64,000 nucleotides of DNA. Source: Candidatus Woesearchaeota archaeon. Its GTDB lineage: Archaea; Nanobdellota; Nanobdellia; Pacearchaeales; GW2011-AR1. Made by a program: the position numbers and the translations under genes. Shown piece after piece: positions 39,168-48,373 of the stretch. Location of the stretch: NCBI GenBank assembly GCA_964410025.1, contig CAYPFA010000003.1:85259-149258 (forward strand). The letters are read 5' to 3'. Every line of letters begins with the position of its first letter. The stretch's first letter is position 1. The notes beneath the pieces are model-generated. The model was not told where the DNA came from. It saw only the letters and a list, made by a program, of their open reading frames with translations, and made no database searches.

Positions 39168-40154
39168 ATGACATTAGATTTTCAAGAAGACTATTTAATT
39201 ACAGAGCTTAAAAAACAAAAGCCGAAGAAAGTTCTAGTTCAACTACCGGAGGGAATTAAAACTAAAGCAATTGAGTTAAAAGAAAAAATCGAGAAACTTG
39301 GTATTGAAGTTGTTTTTTCAGGAGAAACTGTTTGGGGCGGCTGTTGTTTAGCTGTTGATGAGGCGAAAAACATTGGCGCCGATTTAATTGTGCATTTCGG
39401 ACATTCGGAATATATAAAATCAAAAACTCCTGTTATTTACGTTGAGATGCAAGATAGACTTGATTTGTCATCAATATTAAATAAATCTCTTGATAAATTG
39501 AAGAAATTAAAAACTTTAGGACTGAGCTATTCTGTTCAACACAAAGACGATGCACAAAAAATAAAAAAATTCTATGAAGATAATAAAAAGAAAATTATTT
39601 TTAGTAAAAACAAGGGAAGAATAAGTTACGAAGGACAAATTATTGGTTGCGAATATTCTGGATTAAAAGAAATTCAAGATAAAGTTGAAGCATTTTTGAT
39701 TGTGGGTAATAGATTTCATTCGCTTGGAGCTGCATTAGCTTTAAACAAGCCAGTTTATCTTTTGGATGTTTATAATGATGAAGTTTCTGAAATGGGCGAA
39801 GCAAAAAATAAAATTGTTCAGCAAAGATTCGCCGCAATTGAAAAAGCTAAAAAAGCACAAAACTTCGGAATTATTATTGAAGGAAAAATTGGACAGAAAT
39901 TTGGAAATCAAGATGAACTTATTAAAAAATTAAAAAAAGCTGGCAAAAATCCTCTTTTAATTACAATGAATGAAATTTCACAAGATAAATTGACTAATTT
40001 TTACAACATGGATGCCTTTGTTGAACTTGCTTGTCCTAGAATTGCCATTGATGATTTTGCTATTTACAAAAAACCTCTGATAACTTTCAAAGAAGCTTTG
40101 GTTGTTATTGGTGAGAACTCCTGGGAAGAATTATTGGAAAAAGGTATGTTGTAA
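39168..40154 (+). CDS. dph2: diphthamide synthesis protein Dph2 (2-(3-amino-3-carboxypropyl)histidine synthase)
   Basis: VLVQLPEGIK..VWGGCCLAVDEA..LIVHFGHS..ELACPRIAIDD is the typical Dph2 pattern. Confidence 0.88.
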   Translation: MTLDFQEDYLITELKKQKPKKVLVQLPEGIKTKAIELKEKIEKLGIEVVFSGETVWGGCCLAVDEAKNIGADLIVHFGHSEYIKSKTPVIYVEMQDRLDLSSILNKSLDKLKKLKTLGLSYSVQHKDDAQKIKKFYEDNKKKIIFSKNKGRISYEGQIIGCEYSGLKEIQDKVEAFLIVGNRFHSLGAALALNKPVYLLDVYNDEVSEMGEAKNKIVQQRFAAIEKAKKAQNFGIIIEGKIGQKFGNQDELIKKLKKAGKNPLLITMNEISQDKLTNFYNMDAFVELACPRIAIDDFAIYKKPLITFKEALVVIGENSWEELLEKGML

Positions 40155-41273
40155 TTAAAGTTTTATCTCTTTATCATTTTTCATAATACAATTATCCAAT
40201 TCTTTTTCAGTTATTTTCTTTTCATTTTCTTGGAATGTTTTTGTAAATTTCACAAGTTCTTTTATTAGCATTTCTTTCATTTGCCCACTTAATATTTCTC
40301 CTTTTCTATATTTTTTCTCAACATCTTCAGCTTCTTTTTCAGATAAGAAAAATGATTTTAAATATTGGAAAGACATGTCTACATCAGGATTTCCGCCTAG
40401 TCTTTTATGCTCTTCAGCTGTGTCTCGTCCACCTGAAAATGCGCTGTTTACTTTTTTCTTTATTGTTTTTTCGTCATCTTTAAGATAAATTGCATTACCC
40501 CTTGATTTTGACATTTTTTCTCCATTTATTCCCGGGAAAAATTTTAAATGAACTGTAGCTGGTTTATTCATCTTCATTCTGTCTGCAATATCTCTGCAAA
40601 TTCTAAAATGAGCATCTTCATCAGGTCCAATTGGAACAAGTACATTTTTTATTCCAAATCTTTCTTGCGGAAATAAAATATGAGCCGATTGTACAGCTGG
40701 ATAAAAATGTAAACCAATGTTATTGTCTGGAGAATAACCATAGGTGGATTTTATTTCAGAATAATTTATTTTTTTAGATAATTTAAAAGCAAAATTGTAA
40801 ATGTTTGTGTAAATTTGGTCAATAATAAAAAATGTTTTATATGGATCAAATCCGTAGGCAAGGAATTGTTTTGCTAATTCCTTTGAAAATGCAAGCGCTT
40901 GTTCTTGCGACTCAACCTTGCCAGCAACATAACTTTCGTCATCCGATATCGGCACAAAAACCGGAAGCCCGAATTTTTTTTGGAAATATAAATTTGTATC
41001 AAAAACAACCTTGTGCCCAAGATGCAATGTTCCCGAGGCATTTACGCCAGATACAATAGCACATTTTTCTCCCTTTTTCAATGCTAAAAGAAATTTATCA
41101 AAATCTCTATGTGAGTACAACAATCCTTTTTTTAGCGTGTATAAATCATCAAACCCTTCAATTTTAGGCATCCTGCTAGCTCCGAAATCTTTCACTAATT
41201 TTTCATTATCTTCCAGGATTGATTCTACCATAATATTTATAACAACAAATCCTTTATAATTCTTTTTAATCAA
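40155..41273 (-). CDS. trpS: tryptophan--tRNA ligase (archaeal/eukaryotic type)
   Basis: The HIGH-like motif is SGTLHLGH. ISDDESY and KMSKS are also present. An alternative ATG at 41231 (MVESILED..) may be the true start. Confidence 0.88.
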   Translation of the reverse strand: MIKKNYKGFVVINIMVESILEDNEKLVKDFGASRMPKIEGFDDLYTLKKGLLYSHRDFDKFLLALKKGEKCAIVSGVNASGTLHLGHKVVFDTNLYFQKKFGLPVFVPISDDESYVAGKVESQEQALAFSKELAKQFLAYGFDPYKTFFIIDQIYTNIYNFAFKLSKKINYSEIKSTYGYSPDNNIGLHFYPAVQSAHILFPQERFGIKNVLVPIGPDEDAHFRICRDIADRMKMNKPATVHLKFFPGINGEKMSKSRGNAIYLKDDEKTIKKKVNSAFSGGRDTAEEHKRLGGNPDVDMSFQYLKSFFLSEKEAEDVEKKYRKGEILSGQMKEMLIKELVKFTKTFQENEKKITEKELDNCIMKNDKEIKL

Positions 41274-41358
41274 GAAATATTTTTCATTTCAGAATCATAT
41301 TATTGATCAGTTGTCTTATCATACAAATCCTTAAAAGTTCAGGCATGCCATCTATTTC

Positions 41359-42429
41359 ATGGAAGAATGGCATATTCCCCTGGTGGAAATTGGTGGAAGA
41401 AAATTAAAACTTTTTCAAGGAGCCATGGGTGTAGCAATTTCTGGAGCAAATCTTGCATCTGCAGTAGCCAACGAAGGTGGTTTGGGAATTATTGCTTCTG
41501 TCGGATTAAACGAATCAAAGAGATATCTAGGTCGATATGAAGAGTCCAGCGCGCAAGCTCTCCGAGACGAAATTGAACTTGCAAAAAGCAATATGAATGG
41601 CAACGGAGCACTCGGTGTAAATATTATGCGGCCACTAACAAACTATGAATCTCTAGTAAGAACCTCGATAGAATCGGGCATAAAATATATTATTTCTGGA
41701 GCCGCCCTACCACTCGATTTACCAAAATACATTGGCGATAATCGCGATGTCAATCTAATTCCAATCGCTTCTTCAGCTCAAGCCGCAAGTATTATAATGA
41801 AAAGATGGAAGACTAAATTTGATTATACTCCTGCCGCGATTATAATTGAGGGTCCAAAAGCTGGCGGACATCTTGGGTTTAAATTGGAAGAAATTTTCGA
41901 TCCAAAATATTCTTTAGAAAATATTATTCCAGAAGTTGTTGAAGTAGTGCAGGGAATTCCTGTAATTGCAGCCGGAGGAATTTATTACGGAGGGGATATA
42001 AAAAAATTCTTACAACTCGGAGCATCCGGCGTTCAAATGGCAACGCGTTTTGTTCCAACGCATGAATGTGATGCAAACATTAAATTTAAACAAGCATATC
42101 TAAATTGTAAAAAGGAAGATATAATAATAATTCAAAGTCCCGTAGGTTTGCCAGGAAGAGCAATAAGGAATAAGTTTTTAGATGAAGTAAAAGCCGGCCA
42201 AAGACATCCAGTGGAGTGTCCTTATTTTTGTCTTCTTTCGTGTAAACAAAATGAATCACCCTACTGTATAGCTAAAGCACTAGTAGAAGCATCGCAAGGA
42301 AAATTCGATAATGGTTATGTTTTTGTAGGCGCAAATGCCTGGCGATGTAAAGAAGATGGAATTATTAGCGTCAAAAATATTTTTGAAAAATTGGACAAAG
42401 AATATATAGATGGGAAGATTAGTTCATAA
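41359..42429 (+). CDS. NAD(P)H-dependent flavin oxidoreductase, nitronate monooxygenase/FabK-like
   Basis: GAMGVAISGANLASAV..GGLGII and IIEGPKAGGHLG motifs of the NMO TIM barrel. Confidence 0.8.
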   Translation: MEEWHIPLVEIGGRKLKLFQGAMGVAISGANLASAVANEGGLGIIASVGLNESKRYLGRYEESSAQALRDEIELAKSNMNGNGALGVNIMRPLTNYESLVRTSIESGIKYIISGAALPLDLPKYIGDNRDVNLIPIASSAQAASIIMKRWKTKFDYTPAAIIIEGPKAGGHLGFKLEEIFDPKYSLENIIPEVVEVVQGIPVIAAGGIYYGGDIKKFLQLGASGVQMATRFVPTHECDANIKFKQAYLNCKKEDIIIIQSPVGLPGRAIRNKFLDEVKAGQRHPVECPYFCLLSCKQNESPYCIAKALVEASQGKFDNGYVFVGANAWRCKEDGIISVKNIFEKLDKEYIDGKISS

Positions 42430-42484
42430 ATTTCTAAACCAAATAATTATTAAATAGCAGTTTCCTATAAAATAAGAGGTGTAT

Positions 42485-43873
42485 ATGGAAATAAAAGTTT
42501 TAGGTGCTGCAAAAGAGGTTACTGGTTCTTGTTATAGCCTATCAGCGGGCGATGATCAGCTTCTTGTTGATTGCGGAATGTTTCAGGGAAGTAAAGAAAT
42601 GGAAAAATTAAACTATGAAAAGTTTAGTTTTAACCCGCGGAAATATAAAGCATTATTATTAACTCACGCGCACCTAGATCATTGCGGCAGAATTCCTCTT
42701 TTGGTTAAGTCCGGATTTAGAGGAAAAATTTATTCTACTGACGCTACAAAAGCCCTGGCATTTATTATTATGGCAGACTCTGCAAAAATTGCAGAAGAAG
42801 ACACGAAGAACGAAAATAAAAGACGAGTAATGGAAAAACTTCCACCGAGAAATCCAATTTATACAATCGGCGATGTAAACGATGCAATGAAACTTTTTGT
42901 TACGGTTAGGTATGAAGAAGATGTCAGAATAACAAAAAATATTTCTGCAAAATATTATGACGCTGGACATATTTTAGGTTCATCATCAATTCAAGTTAGT
43001 ATAAACGAGAATGGCAAAACTAGAATAGTAGTTTTCTCCGGAGATTTAGGACAAGATGGCTCCATTCTTGTAAAAAATACCGCACCCATATCTCAAGCCG
43101 ATTATGTTTTCATGGAATCCACATACGGAGACCGATTGCACGACCCAATTGAGAAACGTAAAATGGATCTCATAAGAGTAATTAACGAAACCTACAAACG
43201 TGGAGGAAAAATTATGATTCCCTCCTTCGCCATTGAAAGAACTCAAGAATTACTTTATTATATCGGTCAATTTATGGAGGCCGGAATTATACCAAATATG
43301 CAGGTTTATTTAGATTCGCCAATGGCAATAAGGGCCACTGAAGTTTTCCAAAAATTTATGAAATATTTTAATGCTGAGGTTCAAGAAAGACTGAAAAAAA
43401 TTGATAACGTTTTTGGTTTTCCAGAGCTAATTCTTGCCAGAAGCCGTGAAGAGTCAAAAGAAATTAATGGAGTTACAAAACCATGCATAATAATTGCTGG
43501 AAATGGAATGTGCTCTGCGGGAAGAATTAAGCACCACATAGCAAATAACATAGAAGATAAAAGAAATACATTATTATTTGTAGGTTTTCAGGTAGAGGGC
43601 ACATTAGGTTATTGGATTAAAAAAGGTGAAAAGAAAATTCGTTTACTCGGCAGAGAAGTTGTTGCAAATGCAAGAATAGAATCCATCGAAGGATTTTCAG
43701 CCCATGCAGACAGGATTGGACTTTTGAAGTGGCTAAATAATTTTTCCACAAAACCAAAAAAAGTTTTTATAACTCACGGAGACGAAGATCAGCAAATTGC
43801 ACTATCTAAATTTTTAGCAAAAGAAAAATTTGTAAGTTATGTACCAAGTTTGGGTGAAAGTTTAAAATTATAA
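42485..43873 (+). CDS. MBL-fold beta-CASP ribonuclease (aCPSF2/RNase J-like)
   Basis: The protein has HAHLDHCGRIP. MESTYGDR matches beta-CASP motif A, and a late SAHAD motif is present. ATG at 42485; the ORF track starts at GTG 42479. Confidence 0.88.
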   Translation: MEIKVLGAAKEVTGSCYSLSAGDDQLLVDCGMFQGSKEMEKLNYEKFSFNPRKYKALLLTHAHLDHCGRIPLLVKSGFRGKIYSTDATKALAFIIMADSAKIAEEDTKNENKRRVMEKLPPRNPIYTIGDVNDAMKLFVTVRYEEDVRITKNISAKYYDAGHILGSSSIQVSINENGKTRIVVFSGDLGQDGSILVKNTAPISQADYVFMESTYGDRLHDPIEKRKMDLIRVINETYKRGGKIMIPSFAIERTQELLYYIGQFMEAGIIPNMQVYLDSPMAIRATEVFQKFMKYFNAEVQERLKKIDNVFGFPELILARSREESKEINGVTKPCIIIAGNGMCSAGRIKHHIANNIEDKRNTLLFVGFQVEGTLGYWIKKGEKKIRLLGREVVANARIESIEGFSAHADRIGLLKWLNNFSTKPKKVFITHGDEDQQIALSKFLAKEKFVSYVPSLGESLKL

Positions 43874-43875
43874 AA

Positions 43876-44562
43876 TTATTTTTTATTAAGTGGCCAAAGT
43901 TCTTCTCTTAATTCTGCATAACTAAGAGCTGCGCTTCCATCTTTCGAAAAGTTTCTCTTCAATAATTCTCTTATTTCAGATTTTCTAATTTTTCCAGAAA
44001 TATAAGAATAAAAAAGTCTATCTCCAAGCCCATAACCTTGTGCATGAATCATTATATCTCGGATGTTATCTAAGCCATATCCCTCTCTTTTATTATCTTC
44101 ATATAATTTGGCAATCTTTTCCTTTGAAAAATTTCCATAATCTGGTAAATTATGAAAAACGTTTTTTGTTGATGGATCTAATATCTTCGAGCCAAAAAAT
44201 CCGAACATTTCAACCAAAGCACATAGAGCAAACCTATCTAATTTGATTTTATTACGAAAATTTATTTTTGCAATATTTAAATGAAAACAATGAGCAGCTT
44301 CCTCATGAAAATCTCTAGAATCATTCGAACCAATTACAATAACATTATGTTCTGGTAAATAAAAACTCTGTTGCGCATTTATACGTTTTCTAATGGATGA
44401 TTGTTCGTTCTCGGCTAAATTTAAACCTTCTATCTGCCCACTTCTCCCTATCCATCTCACTTCTGGATAGCTAGGTAAATCAATGTTAAATTCTTCCTCT
44501 AGATCTTCGAGAGCTTCGTAAACTTTTTGCTCAACAAGCGCGGATTTTTTATCCCACCTCAT
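43876..44562 (-). CDS. hypothetical protein
   Basis: 228-aa ORF. Contains HEEAAH, which is not a canonical HExxH. Confidence 0.5.
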   Translation of the reverse strand: MRWDKKSALVEQKVYEALEDLEEEFNIDLPSYPEVRWIGRSGQIEGLNLAENEQSSIRKRINAQQSFYLPEHNVIVIGSNDSRDFHEEAAHCFHLNIAKINFRNKIKLDRFALCALVEMFGFFGSKILDPSTKNVFHNLPDYGNFSKEKIAKLYEDNKREGYGLDNIRDIMIHAQGYGLGDRLFYSYISGKIRKSEIRELLKRNFSKDGSAALSYAELREELWPLNKK

Positions 44563-44650
44563 AAAAAAACATAGTGAGTAGAGTTAATAAGTATTGTTGT
44601 GATAAATTTTCAAAGCCAATATGTCAGACAGCTAAATTATTAAACACTCA

Positions 44651-45277
44651 ATGTTTGAAATAACTATAGTGATAGATATTTTTGTGTATACTTTTATAGG
44701 AGTTTTCCTAGTAAATCTTATTCCCGTGTTCGGACCACCAACCTGGATGGTTCTTTCCTACATAGGGCTATTTTATGAAATACCATCAATACCTCTTTTT
44801 GTTCTGACTGCGCTTTTGGCAGCAGTTTGTGGAAGATTTTTACTTATACTTTTCTCTAAGAATATAATACGAAATAATTTATTTCCAAATAAGTACAAAA
44901 AAAATATGGACTATTTGCGAAATCGTTTTGAGAATAAACCATACTGGATATCCTTAATATTTTTTATTGATGCAGTCACGCCGCTTCCTTCAGATCAACT
45001 TTTTATTGCCTACGGATTAACAGGACAGAAAGCCCGATATGCACTTATTCCATTTGCATTAGGAAGATCCTTTACATACACTTTCTGGGCGATTACATCG
45101 ATAACTATTGCAAAACAAGCAACACTAAAAGCGCTCACAAACTTTTCATTTTTTAGCACCACATTCATCCTGATGGAAATTTTGCTTTGTTTTCTTTTAT
45201 ATTTTTATGTAAAGATTGACTGGCAATATCTAATTGTGAATCATCGTTTGAGATTAATTAATCACAATAAAAATTAG
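44651..45277 (+). CDS. DedA/SNARE-associated (VTT-domain) membrane protein
   Basis: 208 aa, multi-TM, with a GPPTW..L motif typical of DedA. Its stop codon overlaps the left att repeat by 2 nt. Confidence 0.7.
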   Translation: MFEITIVIDIFVYTFIGVFLVNLIPVFGPPTWMVLSYIGLFYEIPSIPLFVLTALLAAVCGRFLLILFSKNIIRNNLFPNKYKKNMDYLRNRFENKPYWISLIFFIDAVTPLPSDQLFIAYGLTGQKARYALIPFALGRSFTYTFWAITSITIAKQATLKALTNFSFFSTTFILMEILLCFLLYFYVKIDWQYLIVNHRLRLINHNKN

Positions 45278-45291
45278 AACGCCCAAACCGG
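45276..45291. repeat. att site, distal copy (orphan tRNA-Asp 3' end)
   Basis: agaacgcccaaaccgg is identical to 52975-52990. It contains the complement of CCGGTTTGGGCG, the tRNA 3' end. Confidence 0.8.
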
Positions 45292-45366
45292 ACGATTAGA
45301 GAAAGTATAACGCTCAACGTTATTTTGATAAATATAACAAGCTATACGACTATATAAACATTCACA

Positions 45367-46434
45367 TCACTTGTCTAATATCTTTTTTAGATTATCTAAA
45401 AACTCCTTTGTGTCTGCAAAATAATTGGGGTAAGCTTTCCTTAAATCGTTTGACGCGTCAACGCCAACAAGAACCACATCATATTCTTTTTTCCCTTGGT
45501 TTCTTTTTTCAGCTTTGGCGTAGTCTTCTACAGCCTTTTCTTCTTGTCCATATTGATAACCAGTAATATTTAACTTTTCTTCAAGGATATTCAGTTCTAA
45601 TAAAAAAAGTTTTAAATTTGGTGTCTCCTTAGATGCTCTTTCAAAAACCTGAACTGCCTTTGTCCAGCCATCCATAACTTTGATTACGTTTAATTCTTTC
45701 GCTATACGTTTAATTTCCAAATATAGCTCTTGCGGATCTGTAGGTGTATCGGGAATAAGAGGAGTGTTTTCCATAATAGCGAATGCAGAACTAACTAATT
45801 TGAAAAAATCCATCCATTCTTTTTTACCCTCATTAGACTTAATAGCCTGTCCTGTAAAAAAATCGGCAGTTTCTATAGCTGTAGCCCACAGATGCTGTAA
45901 CTTTGATCTTATCTGTACTTCTACGAGCAACCCATTGTATTCCTTTTTTCCTTCCTTATCACTCTTATATCTATAAATCAAATGAATACTTCTATAGCCA
46001 TCCTTCTTAGGGTAGGTTATATAGTCCTTCTCGTTTACTTTTTTATGTTTTAAGTCTCCACGGATGTACCCTTCTTTGTATAATTTTTGAGCCAGCTCTA
46101 CATTTGATGTAACGACCCTACATCCTCCAATATCTTGCATTTGAGATAATTTCATAGTTGGCTCTTGACCACCATATTTTCTTCCAAGTTTTTTTAATAT
46201 AGAAGGCAGTCTTTTTAGTCTTTGAACAGCCAATGAGTCCTTATCTATTTTTTCAGAAACATCTTTTAATCTTTTTTTAAATATATGCATAGGATATCGG
46301 TGAATTGCCCTCCAATTGTCCAAAATAGTTAAGGCTTTATCCAGCTCCTCGGAGGTGCTTTTTTCATCCAACAAGATATCTCCTGCCCAGTCTACTCTTG
46401 ACTTACTATATCCTTTTGGCTTTGCCCATACCAT
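45367..46434 (-). CDS. RelA/SpoT-domain nucleotide pyrophosphokinase (small alarmone synthetase / toxSAS-like) with extended C-terminal domain
   Basis: Synthetase motifs are RLKRLPSILKKL (RxKxxxSxxxK), DIGGCRVV, GYRSIHLIY and EVQIRSKLQHLWA. A ~150-aa helical C-terminal extension follows. Confidence 0.85.
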   Translation of the reverse strand: MVWAKPKGYSKSRVDWAGDILLDEKSTSEELDKALTILDNWRAIHRYPMHIFKKRLKDVSEKIDKDSLAVQRLKRLPSILKKLGRKYGGQEPTMKLSQMQDIGGCRVVTSNVELAQKLYKEGYIRGDLKHKKVNEKDYITYPKKDGYRSIHLIYRYKSDKEGKKEYNGLLVEVQIRSKLQHLWATAIETADFFTGQAIKSNEGKKEWMDFFKLVSSAFAIMENTPLIPDTPTDPQELYLEIKRIAKELNVIKVMDGWTKAVQVFERASKETPNLKLFLLELNILEEKLNITGYQYGQEEKAVEDYAKAEKRNQGKKEYDVVLVGVDASNDLRKAYPNYFADTKEFLDNLKKILDK

Positions 46435-46545
46435 AGAATATTGCGGATGAATAGATATTTAAATGTTGGTATTGCGCGGAAGTCTATCGAATATATAAAT
46501 TATAAATATAATGGTTTTACTTTTTTTGCGCGGTTATTTATCTTT

Positions 46546-47031
46546 TTATTGTTTTTTTGCGCAGTTATGTTTTACCGGCACCCTTTGCTCGTGTAAGTTT
46601 TCTTTTCTTGTAGACAATATTTCTTTTTGAGTGTTTCTGAATTCTTCCCACATTCTTTTAACGTTAGGATGCATTTTGTGATTAGAAATATACTTGCTGC
46701 TTTTTTTAATATTACATTTTAATCTGTCGATACTTCTCATTTGCGCAACCTTATCAGAAGAAATCATACCTTTCTCTTTTTTTATTGAAGTAAGTGGAAA
46801 ATCATATTTAATGAATTCTTTCCTGCTCATTGGTTTAAAGTCATAGCGAATAAATCTTTCTCTTAAATTTCGTATATATGAAACTCTACATTTGGAATTA
46901 TGATCTATTCCCAATTCTTCGACGACTTTCTTAGGTATTTGTATAGTCAGAGTAAAGTATTCCTTCTCGTTTTTTATGTGCTTTTTTCTTGAAGGGATTA
47001 CTGACTTATCCAAAACCCTTATCTTATCCAT
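46546..47031 (-). CDS. hypothetical protein with N-terminal AbrB/SpoVT-like segment (candidate antitoxin/regulator)
   Basis: 161 aa. FTLTIQIPKKVVEELGIDHNSKCRVSY resembles the swapped-hairpin DNA-binding motif. Lies directly upstream of the RelA/SpoT gene on the same strand. Confidence 0.45.
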   Translation of the reverse strand: MDKIRVLDKSVIPSRKKHIKNEKEYFTLTIQIPKKVVEELGIDHNSKCRVSYIRNLRERFIRYDFKPMSRKEFIKYDFPLTSIKKEKGMISSDKVAQMRSIDRLKCNIKKSSKYISNHKMHPNVKRMWEEFRNTQKEILSTRKENLHEQRVPVKHNCAKKQ

Positions 47032-47065
47032 ACTGGTAGATGCTTTGTTTGTTTAAATACCTTAT

Positions 47066-47081
47066 TTTTCTGCGCAGAAAA
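47066..47081. promoter_or_regulatory. perfect 16-bp palindrome in a divergent promoter region (candidate operator)
   Basis: ttttctgcgcagaaaa is its own reverse complement. Lies 35 nt upstream of the 47031 start and between divergent genes. Confidence 0.4.
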
Positions 47082-47209
47082 TTTTTATGAACAATGAGAA
47101 ATTAAATAAATTATGAGCGTTAGAAAAAATGCAAACTGGGTGGATGTAATAATTAGCTTAATTAAATATGAGAAGAAGCCTCACGAGGAGGCTCCTTCGG
47201 ATAAGATAG

Positions 47210-47473
47210 ATGTTAAAACAAACACGGGCTCTTAAACCACGAGGCTTGTATTCCAAGTTTATAGAAAGACTTAGAGAAGCGGAGAAGTCTATTCCGCTTG
47301 GGTCTAAGAAAGATTATATTCCTTTTCCAGTTATATTTGAAAAAGTGTGTAGAAACTTTTCTCTCAAAAAAGACGATGCATTTGAAATTTTATTTATGCT
47401 GAGGGATTTCGGATTCATTGAAGTCGTTCCTTTTCACGGAATTAAATTGAAGTATGAGGTGAAAAATGTCTGA
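47210..47473 (+). CDS. hypothetical small protein (possibly wHTH)
   Basis: 87-aa ORF on the element. Confidence 0.45.
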   Translation: MLKQTRALKPRGLYSKFIERLREAEKSIPLGSKKDYIPFPVIFEKVCRNFSLKKDDAFEILFMLRDFGFIEVVPFHGIKLKYEVKNV

Positions 47474-47675
47474 TAAGATTTGGGGAGTAGATATCACTTC
47501 TGATTTGCCAATCTATGAAGACGAAATAGATGCCTTCTTAGAAAGAGAGAGACGAGCCTCAGGTAAGAAGAGAAAAAAGAAGAATAAACATAACTCTTCC
47601 AACTATAATATATATTATATTTTGTATTACATTTTTAATATAATTATACTAATTAAAGGAGTATCTTTTATTTAA
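47466..47675 (+). CDS. hypothetical small protein
   Basis: 69-aa ORF overlapping the previous stop by 8 nt. Basic patch, then a hydrophobic tail. Confidence 0.3.
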   Translation: MSDKIWGVDITSDLPIYEDEIDAFLERERRASGKKRKKKNKHNSSNYNIYYILYYIFNIIILIKGVSFI

Positions 47676-47685
47676 TCTTTTCTTT

Positions 47686-47943
47686 ATGGTGTATCATCCA
47701 GACAAAATAGTTTTTAGAAAGAGCCTTTCTTTTAGATTAAAAAAAGAGCACTTCGAAGCATTGGACGAGTTATTAGAAAGACATCGAGATCAATATGACT
47801 CTTGGAGCCATATAGTGCGGTGTGCAATTATACATTTACTAAATTATGAGCGAGAGCAGGAGGAAAAACAAAATGCAAGAAATAAAAAATCTAAACATTT
47901 CGGAAAAGGACAAAATCTGTTTCGAGGAACTAAAAATTCCTAA
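47686..47943 (+). CDS. ribbon-helix-helix (CopG-like) protein
   Basis: LSFRLKKEHFEALDELLERH is a typical RHH N-terminal strand-helix. Confidence 0.5.
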   Translation: MVYHPDKIVFRKSLSFRLKKEHFEALDELLERHRDQYDSWSHIVRCAIIHLLNYEREQEEKQNARNKKSKHFGKGQNLFRGTKNS

Positions 47944-48091
47944 GACTATTGCCGAGATTGCCGTAATCTTAGATACAACGTATAATTATGCGTTTACAAA
48001 GGTGAAAGTGTGGGAAGCGAGAGGCTGGGTAAAAAGAATTCAGTCTAAACGCGCTGTTAAATACTATCTTAATGGAGACGAACTTCAATAA
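47873..48091 (+). CDS. winged-helix DNA-binding protein
   Basis: TIAEIAVILDTTYNYAFTKVKVWEARGWVKR is wHTH-like. ATG 47873 is preceded by GGAGGA; the ORF track starts at 47846. Confidence 0.5.
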   Translation: MQEIKNLNISEKDKICFEELKIPKTIAEIAVILDTTYNYAFTKVKVWEARGWVKRIQSKRAVKYYLNGDELQ

Positions 48092-48373
48092 GAATAAACC
48101 TGTCGAATAGATCTTTCCCAATGTAAGTAAGAAAAGGAAAGAAAAGGAAAGAAGCACAAAACAAAGTATAAAACGCTCACTCTGGACATTGTCAAAGTAG
48201 GCACGGGCTTCCATTTTGAAAAGTTGTCGCAATCGTATCTTGATGACACGATGATTTTTGGGAATTTTTTAAAATAAACAGCGTTTTATTAAGTATTAAA
48301 GAGCCTTATGTTTCGCGGAGTATATCTTACTGCTTAATAAAACATTTAAAAACTTGTAAATGTTAAAAAACAA

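Noticed and set aside
45292-45366. SSV-type integration that splits the integrase gene into N- and C-terminal parts
   Set aside because: Joining the element ends in silico (..aatcgtccggtttgggcgttctgg..) puts an in-frame TAA four codons upstream of the integrase ORF. No N-terminal int fragment ORF exists at the left end. The integrase therefore appears intact, as in pNOB8-type integration.
47969-48232. 87-aa minus-strand ORF on the element
   Set aside because: It overlaps the wHTH gene antisense and is hydrophobic low-complexity. The tandem gaaaaggaaa repeats in this region inflate the ORF length.
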